From the NCBI GenBank assembly GCA_032128875.1, contig JAVLKG010000006.1, positions 96,001-160,000 on the forward strand: DNA of 64,000 nt. The letters are read 5' to 3'. The DNA comes from Candidatus Melainabacteria bacterium 17Bon1m. Its GTDB lineage: Bacteria; Cyanobacteriota; Vampirovibrionia; Obscuribacterales; Obscuribacteraceae. Position numbers and translations under genes: made by a program. The notes beneath the pieces were generated by a model. It saw only the letters and a program-made list of their open reading frames with translations. It searched no databases and was not told the origin of the DNA. Shown here piece by piece: positions 57,939 to 64,000 of the stretch (position 1 is its first letter; every line of letters starts with the position of its first letter).

Positions 57939-58244
57939 GATGCCCCTTCATGAGAGGCGCGCGTTACGAACTCGGTAACTCAAACGACTTGAGACTCAAT
58001 CTAGATTCTAGGGCTTTTTTCAAGTTCTTGCTAACATTCGTTCCCCTTAGCTCTTGCTCCTAGACGGCAAATTGGGGCTAACAAGGCAAACTGCAAGAAA
58101 AATCCTGATTTGCACTGCAAGCCGGATGATAAACCAAGCTGATAAAATTCAACGATTGGCTTTAGAGCAGAAGGCATCTGACCTGCATACTCTAGATCTG
58201 AGTACAACGGAGATTTAGGCACTAGGAGTGGAGGCACAAATATA

Positions 58245-59114
58245 ATGCTCAAGGCGGGTTCGATCGCCATTGGACTGGCGTCCCTGGCTCTTATGCCTGT
58301 TGTCGCTCTGGCGCAAGGGTCTCCTGTCCCGGGACAGAACAATAGCTACATGTCGCCGCAGGGCTCATATGGCAGTCCATCGAGTCCATCAAGTTCTGCC
58401 GGTTATGGACAAGCTCCTGTTCCTGGCGCTGCGCCCAATCAGTATCTTATTAATTCCGGAGCCTCTGGTTCGCCCAGTGCCTCCTCTGCGAAAGCAGGAA
58501 AGGGTGCCTATTCCAAACTGCCGCTCAATGTCGACGATGCCAAAGTGAGAATTGCCGAACTGCGCAATTTATTGGCGGTGAGCAGTGCCAAAGAGGTTCA
58601 AGATTCAGTATTTCAATTGTGCGAGTGGCTGTCTGACATGGCTGACGCGCACTGGAAGCTGAGTTTGGCACTGGGCAAGAATGATTCTATGAAAGCTGCG
58701 GCGGCACAAGAAAAGCAGTCCGCAGTAAAGTTTTCTTCGTTGAAACACGAGGCGGGGCTTCTCAAAGCAGAGATTTTCATCAAACAAAATCGTTTGCCTG
58801 AGGCACTCGGACCGCTCGTGGACATTGTTGTTGCCGAGCCCAAGTCTGTTATCGGTCAGGCAGCTTACGAGAAATTGAAAGAGATAGGATTTGCTGAAGA
58901 GGCGACTGGCGCTGGTTATCAGCCTGCGGAGCGCAGGGCGGAAAAGTCCACAGCTGCTGTGCCCGCGGCTCCTGCATTGAAACCAGTCGGCTACGAACTC
59001 AAGTCGGTAATTCCGGCTATGAAGAGCGTGCCTTCATTCAAGCCCGTAGCGCCTCTCAAGACTGTGGGTGCCGACCCTGTGAAGCGCACGGCGCAAGTTA
59101 CAAAAACGCGATAA
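58245..59114 (+). CDS. Exported hypothetical protein with a helical core
   Basis: GGAGG RBS, signal peptide ending ALA, Ser/Pro linker, helical domain ending EP.S..G.AAYEKLKEIGF. Confidence 0.75.
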   Translation: MLKAGSIAIGLASLALMPVVALAQGSPVPGQNNSYMSPQGSYGSPSSPSSSAGYGQAPVPGAAPNQYLINSGASGSPSASSAKAGKGAYSKLPLNVDDAKVRIAELRNLLAVSSAKEVQDSVFQLCEWLSDMADAHWKLSLALGKNDSMKAAAAQEKQSAVKFSSLKHEAGLLKAEIFIKQNRLPEALGPLVDIVVAEPKSVIGQAAYEKLKEIGFAEEATGAGYQPAERRAEKSTAAVPAAPALKPVGYELKSVIPAMKSVPSFKPVAPLKTVGADPVKRTAQVTKTR

Positions 59115-59232
59115 AAAACTTTTGTGCTTCTGAGCGTATTAGTATAGAATCTGCTTTATAAATCGTATTTAAGAATTGCTGTCCAATTCGGGTACGAGTA
59201 TCGAGTGTGGATCTTCCGTAAGGAGGCAATAG

Positions 59233-59952
59233 ATGTCGACCGGTGTTTTTTCATGTAAGAGCCTGACTGTTTCCCTGTTTGCTTTGGGGGCGGTGGCCTT
59301 GGTCAATCTTGCTGCCACACCGCAAGCCGGTGCTGCTGAACCTTTCAAGTTGGGCGCTGAGCAAAAACAGTACAACAGCGACTCCAGTTATCCCGCCTAT
59401 CCTCAGTATCCGACGCCTCAAGCAATGCCGGCTCCGCGTCCGATGAACGCCGGCGTTCAAGAGAATGCGGCTCCGCGCCGCCCGCCAATGAATGCGGGCA
59501 TTCAGCAGAATGCTGCACCTCCGCGCCGTCCACCAATGCAGCTGCAGGCTCAGACAAGGGTGGTTTTGCCCGCTAGTTTCCTGGGTTCGTGGAATGTCAG
59601 CGGTCAGCGCACCAAGGTTGAGGCTTTGCCAGAGTTTCAAGCCGGGGCTGAAGCCGTTTTCTCGCCAAGTACCAGCAACGTCTGGAATATTGGCGGCGAT
59701 CCGAATTCTGGATACAGCATGAGCAATGACCAGGGTGTATCGACTCAATTGGTTGTTGATAAGGTCGAAGGCAATACTGCATTCATCAGATACCAGCATC
59801 CTGTTAAGAACACCGTTGCCGGTGAGGCAATCGTGATGAGCCTTGTGCCTGGTGGTGCTCAATTTAATGGTTTAGAGCGCATAACAATATCAAAACAAGG
59901 GGAGCAGCGCGCTAAAGTTACATATCAATTGGTAGGGCGTCGCGGACGATGA
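59233..59952 (+). CDS. Exported hypothetical protein with a short internal repeat
   Basis: AAGGAGG RBS; signal peptide; PMNAG(V/I)Q.NAAP(P)RRPPM repeated; beta-rich C-terminal domain. Confidence 0.78.
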   Translation: MSTGVFSCKSLTVSLFALGAVALVNLAATPQAGAAEPFKLGAEQKQYNSDSSYPAYPQYPTPQAMPAPRPMNAGVQENAAPRRPPMNAGIQQNAAPPRRPPMQLQAQTRVVLPASFLGSWNVSGQRTKVEALPEFQAGAEAVFSPSTSNVWNIGGDPNSGYSMSNDQGVSTQLVVDKVEGNTAFIRYQHPVKNTVAGEAIVMSLVPGGAQFNGLERITISKQGEQRAKVTYQLVGRRGR

Positions 59953-60001
59953 TTAGGTGACCCCAGACCAATAACAATGTGGTCTGTGAAAGGTTGCTAT
60001 C

Positions 60002-60814
60002 ATGTGGAATCCCCGTCAAATCAGTACTCTTGGGCTATGCCTGGTTACCGCGGTATGGGCTTTTAGCTCTCCCTGCGCGGGTCAAGAAGGCGTTGAACTG
60101 AAGCCGCCCATTGATAGAAACGCTGCGAGTCCTGATGTGCCGGCGCATGTCCAGAGTTCGGACAAGCTGCAGGAGCCTTTCCCTGCGCACACAGACACAG
60201 ATGGTGCGCATTCGACTGAAGGTCGTCCCCTGTTGCGTGGAGCTGCCGAAGCTGCTTCGGTTAACGGTCATGCACGCTTGCTAGCAACCACGCCATTGAC
60301 GCATCACCGCGATCGCTCAGTGCATTTCATCGAGTTGAACATCAAAAATATCAGCGACCAGGTTGTTGTCATTGATGCAAACCAGGCGGAAGTCAGGCTG
60401 AATGGGCAAGTCTTTAAGCCATGCGATGCAAAAGAACTGGAACATGATGCGCAGTCGACTCTGTCACTGGGCGGAAAGCTCGCTGTAGCCGGTGTTACAG
60501 CTGCATCTCTTGGATTGGCTGGTGACATTTTCTATGAATTCATCACGCCTGGTCAAAACAGAAAGCGCGATCTGGGCGTTGCTCTGGGGCGTGACGGCAC
60601 TCGCCATGAAGTGGAAGTTGAGAATTTCGGCAAGCGGGTTCTCATGCCTGGTGATGAAACCCAAGGATGGCTGGGCTTCGATGCAGATACGTTGCCGCAA
60701 GTCGAATCTATTCGTGTACCAATTTCCTACATGCCACCGTCCTTGCCATCGGCTGTGCTGACGGTTTCTGTTGATAAACCCGCGCGCAAGATATTGCCGT
60801 CGCAGGGCAACTGA
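60002..60814 (+). CDS. Exported hypothetical protein
   Basis: Signal-like N-terminus; IELNIKNISDQVVVID and VLMPGDETQGWLGF suggest an Ig-like/DUF4352-like fold. Confidence 0.7.
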   Translation: MWNPRQISTLGLCLVTAVWAFSSPCAGQEGVELKPPIDRNAASPDVPAHVQSSDKLQEPFPAHTDTDGAHSTEGRPLLRGAAEAASVNGHARLLATTPLTHHRDRSVHFIELNIKNISDQVVVIDANQAEVRLNGQVFKPCDAKELEHDAQSTLSLGGKLAVAGVTAASLGLAGDIFYEFITPGQNRKRDLGVALGRDGTRHEVEVENFGKRVLMPGDETQGWLGFDADTLPQVESIRVPISYMPPSLPSAVLTVSVDKPARKILPSQGN

Positions 60815-60932
60815 CGGTCTTCTGCGAATTTTCGCAACCAATCACTAAGTGAAACTTGAGAATAAGGCTTAATCCAAGCTAACTGCGCTAGAATCACTAG
60901 CGTTTTCACAGTAATTAGGAGTTGCCAAGCGA

Positions 60933-61550
60933 ATGCTTACATTTAGTGGCCGCGATAATGGTCTCGGAAAAGTAGTACTGTCAGTGGTGGCAGCAATGCT
61001 TTGCCTGATGACCAGCATCTGTTTTACAAGCTCAGCAAACGCAATTGAACCTAAGTCTGCCGCTGGCAAGAAGGGAAAAATGACAGAACCAGTAGTTGTG
61101 ATGGAAACCACAAAGGGAACCATCAAAATCCAATTGTTCACAAACGAAGTCCCAACAACCGCAAATAACTTCCAAAACCTGGTATCCAAAGGTTTCTACA
61201 ACGGACTCACCTTCCACAGATACGAGCCTGGATTCGTAATTCAAGGCGGCGACCCCAAAGGTGATGGCACCGGCGGTTACATCGATCCAGCTACCAAGCA
61301 AGAGCACCGCATTCCTTTGGAAGTGAAGCCGAGCTTGAAGCACGACCAAGCTGGCGTTGTGGCGATGGCCAGAGCCAATGACCCCAATTCCGCAAGCTGC
61401 CAGTTCTACATCACGCTCGCACCAGCTTCTTTCCTCGACATGAACTACGCTGTATTCGGCAAAGTCATCGACGGATTGCAGGTCGTCAGCCAATTGCGCA
61501 AGGGCGACAAGATGACCAAAGTGAGCATGCTCGAAACCGCTAACAAGTAA
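60933..61550 (+). CDS. Cyclophilin-type peptidyl-prolyl cis-trans isomerase with an export signal
   Basis: TTKGTI, P.TANNF..L...[30 protein letters not shown]...NSA.CQFYI and YAVFGKV. Confidence 0.95.
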   Translation: MLTFSGRDNGLGKVVLSVVAAMLCLMTSICFTSSANAIEPKSAAGKKGKMTEPVVVMETTKGTIKIQLFTNEVPTTANNFQNLVSKGFYNGLTFHRYEPGFVIQGGDPKGDGTGGYIDPATKQEHRIPLEVKPSLKHDQAGVVAMARANDPNSASCQFYITLAPASFLDMNYAVFGKVIDGLQVVSQLRKGDKMTKVSMLETANK

Positions 61551-61585
61551 GCGTTCGAACATCACACAGTAAGAGCAATAAATAG

Positions 61586-61613
61586 AAGGGAGACGAATTT
61601 CGTCTCCCTTTTT
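61586..61613 (+). terminator. Intrinsic terminator of the cyclophilin gene
   Basis: aagggagacga-att-tcgtctccctt followed by a T run. Confidence 0.85.
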
Positions 61614-61827
61614 CTTCATCTCATTCTCATTCCTATTCATCTTCCTATTCATCATCATCTTGTTCTTGTTCTTTTTCTTTGCAAGAAATCCAATCGCCCA
61701 AGTTTTTTCACACAATAAAATGAAGATGTTCCCGCCGCTCAACAATTTTGAAAGTGTTGAGCCGTAAAAGAGTGGACTGATGATTTGCCGTAGGCTGTTG
61801 CTTAAGTCAAGGAGGACTTAACTAGCT

Positions 61828-62250
61828 ATGCGCAAACAAATAGTATTGATGGCGATTCTGGCGATGCAGGTTGTGCCTGCGTATGCAAAAGATGGAGTAA
61901 CTCCGTCACCACAAGATGTAGCTGAAGACCACATCAAGCAGACAGCTCTTATTCCATTCAAGCTGGCGTCCTTCGCAAGCGGCGTAGTAATCGGCACCCC
62001 GATTGCGATTGCGCGCTGTGAAGCGAAGAGAATGGATATGTATGCGACGAGTTTTGCAAAAGAATTCGAGCGCAACGACTACTGGGTAACTCCAACGATG
62101 GCAGCATCGATTCCTGGACAGACTTTGCGCGTTGCAGGAACTATTGGAGAAGGCGTTCTGAACGGCGTAGGCAATGCATTAACCGGCAGCGTGAAAGAAC
62201 CCTTCTCGGAAGATGTCTACAGCTTGAAGAAGCTGGAAACATTGGACTAA
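61828..62250 (+). CDS. Exported hypothetical protein
   Basis: AAGGAGGA RBS; signal peptide ending AYA; GVVIGTPIAIAR and PFS....SL motifs. Confidence 0.75.
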   Translation: MRKQIVLMAILAMQVVPAYAKDGVTPSPQDVAEDHIKQTALIPFKLASFASGVVIGTPIAIARCEAKRMDMYATSFAKEFERNDYWVTPTMAASIPGQTLRVAGTIGEGVLNGVGNALTGSVKEPFSEDVYSLKKLETLD

Positions 62251-62289
62251 CTTTTAGCCCCTCAACTCACAATTTACTCCGAGGGCAAA

Positions 62290-62325
62290 CTGGAAAGGGC
62301 GATGCAAACTTGCATCGCCCTCCAG
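62290..62325. terminator. Strong hairpin between convergent genes
   Basis: agggcgatgcaa-ac-ttgcatcgccct, extended by ctgga/tccag. Confidence 0.65.
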
Positions 62326-62367
62326 AGCTTAATTTGTCTAGTTTCATGCGCCGCTGTCTGGAACGCA

Positions 62368-63237
62368 CTAAATCTTGATGTACTTACCAGATGTCCAAGC
62401 TGATCCGCCGGCGCCCACAAGAACGCCCAGACCAAGCATGACTCCAAATGTTTGCCACATTCCGTACTCGATATTTCTCGGCAGAAAAGGAGCAAGGCTG
62501 ACCAGCTGGTCGGTCAGGTAAGGGTCGAGATATATATGTACTCCCACCAAAACAAGAATTGCGACCGCTGCAGAACCGGCTCCGTAGGCGGCTCCTTGCA
62601 GGACGAACGGACCCTTAATATAAAACGGGCTTACACCCATCAGACTGAGAATTTCAATTTCTCTCTGCCGTGACTCGATGAGCAAGTGAATCGTGTTGCC
62701 GATCACAGTAAGAGTTGCTGCTGAAAGAGCTGCTGTGATGGCGAATCCAGCGATTTCAATGAAGTGCCGGAACTCGTTGATCTTGCGTGCGACATTCAAT
62801 GGATAGCGAATGTTTTCTACTGCGGATAGCAGTTTTACTTTGGCGGCAACGGCTTCGACGGCCTCGGGGTTGCTGGCGCGGATGTGCAAAGTATTCGGCA
62901 GGGGATTAGCCAGGGAAGCGACTTTGAAGGTTGACTTCATCTCGTCCCAGGCGACGTCCTTGGTGACGATTTCGACTAATTGAACCTCGGGGATTTGACT
63001 GATTTCACGAGCGACTCGCTTGGGCTGGTAGCCGTCTTTCAAGTACGCGGAAACTTCAAGCTGCGAACCGAAGGCCGCCACGACGTTTTTCATCGTCATT
63101 GTCACTTGAAGAATGCCACCAAATATGGTGAGCGCGATTGCGAGAATGCTGACCACTAACCAATTCGACCAGCCCGATCTTTTGATACCAAGACCGGTCT
63201 CGATGATTACTCGGAAAAATGTTCTCAAATGCCTCAT
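62368..63237 (-). CDS. ftsX: Cell division permease FtsX
   Basis: 4-TM topology, NPLPNTL, IGNTIHL.I.SR.REIEI..LMG....I.GPFV.QG; overlaps the ftsE stop. Confidence 0.93.
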   Translation of the reverse strand: MRHLRTFFRVIIETGLGIKRSGWSNWLVVSILAIALTIFGGILQVTMTMKNVVAAFGSQLEVSAYLKDGYQPKRVAREISQIPEVQLVEIVTKDVAWDEMKSTFKVASLANPLPNTLHIRASNPEAVEAVAAKVKLLSAVENIRYPLNVARKINEFRHFIEIAGFAITAALSAATLTVIGNTIHLLIESRQREIEILSLMGVSPFYIKGPFVLQGAAYGAGSAAVAILVLVGVHIYLDPYLTDQLVSLAPFLPRNIEYGMWQTFGVMLGLGVLVGAGGSAWTSGKYIKI

Positions 63238-63929
63238 ACGTTCAGATTTGGCTCCAATTCGTAGACGCCGCTATCGACGTCGGACACAATTTCTCCACCT
63301 TTGAGATAGATAACGCGCCTGCGCAGCGTGTTAACGATGTTTGTATCGTGGGTGGAAATGAACACGGTCGTACCGCGCTCAGCAATTCTTTCGAGCAGTT
63401 GCACGATTTCTAAAGACGTTGCAGGGTCAAGGTTACCGGTTGGTTCGTCTGCAAGAAGAACGGGCGGTCCGTTGACGATGGCGCGCGCGATACCGACACG
63501 TTGTTGCTCACCGCCGGAGAGTTCATCCGGATAAGCGTCCGCTTTGTGCTCAAGACTGACGACGGAAAGCGCGCTCTGCACGCGTTTTGCTACTTCTTTC
63601 TCTTCTACTCCAAGGGCACGCAAAATGTAGGCGACATTGTTGAACACTGTTTGCCGCGGCAAAAGTTTATAGTCCTGAAAAATTGTGCCCAGGCGGCGGC
63701 GTAACAGCGGCACCTGGCGCTTATGCAAGCGGTTGAGATTAACTCCGCCGACAAAAACGCTGCCGGATGTGGGAGTTTCTTCGCGGTATAGAAGACGCAT
63801 CAGCGTAGACTTGCCGGCGCCTGACGGTCCAACGAGGAAGGCAAATTCGCCCAAAGCAATGTGTAAGTTCACATTGACGAGCGCTGGTCTTCCGCCGTAG
63901 TCCTTGGTGACGTTCTGTAGGCGAATCAC
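63234..63929 (-). CDS. ftsE: Cell division ATP-binding protein FtsE
   Basis: GPSGAGKST, LRRRLG.IFQDYKLL, LSGGEQQRV and LADEPTGNLD. Confidence 0.95.
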   Translation of the reverse strand: MIRLQNVTKDYGGRPALVNVNLHIALGEFAFLVGPSGAGKSTLMRLLYREETPTSGSVFVGGVNLNRLHKRQVPLLRRRLGTIFQDYKLLPRQTVFNNVAYILRALGVEEKEVAKRVQSALSVVSLEHKADAYPDELSGGEQQRVGIARAIVNGPPVLLADEPTGNLDPATSLEIVQLLERIAERGTTVFISTHDTNIVNTLRRRVIYLKGGEIVSDVDSGVYELEPNLNV

Positions 63930-64000
63930 TGTTTAGGGTCTCTCTTTTAGAGCGGTGCTACTGGCTCTAAGCGTTGAATCAATCAATTTTGAATCTTGTG

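Noticed and set aside
61032-61745. 237-aa minus-strand ORF
   Set aside because: Antisense to the cyclophilin gene and reads through the terminator and low-complexity tract.

Overview
A 64-kb, gene-dense, roughly 50% GC (by eye) chromosomal window made mostly of housekeeping genes. I saw no prophage, IS, CRISPR array, rRNA or tRNA. The gene set includes rne next to a TIGR03960-type radical SAM gene, DUF445, PspA/IM30, many TPR proteins, a Hanks kinase, DUF4388-like proteins and Tad-like pseudopilins, with no photosynthesis genes. This suggests a non-photosynthetic relative of cyanobacteria (Vampirovibrionia/Melainabacteria, Obscuribacterales-like); the taxonomy is inference. Recognisable genes are a class A PBP, pit plus DUF47, a bestrophin, pspA, a Rieske oxygenase, allB-uraD-uraH, mtnA, ftsZ, uvrA, fur-feoA, rne, ymdB plus PHP, hsp20, an APC permease, a cyclophilin and ftsEX. 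The most interesting observations are: (1) an unannotated rod-shaped ~118-180 nt RNA with a central bubble and a perfect -10 box upstream of the radical SAM-rne genes, either a compact 6S-like RNA or an RNase E-sensing leader; (2) a Gly/Arg/Ser/Tyr repeat disordered protein ending in a ribbon-helix-helix-like domain; (3) a CitE/HpcH-fold enzyme at the end of the purine catabolism operon; (4) an orphan divergent TadG/TadE/TadE pseudopilin cassette; (5) a 1668-aa SpoIVB-protease/beta-propeller fusion; (6) a Fur-FeoA-Cys-rich operon without FeoB; and (7) duplicated 30-bp palindromes, a (CTTT)9 tract, a missed 48-aa ORF and an inverted repeat at the ftsZ promoter. Family assignments come from motif recognition by eye; no searches were run.
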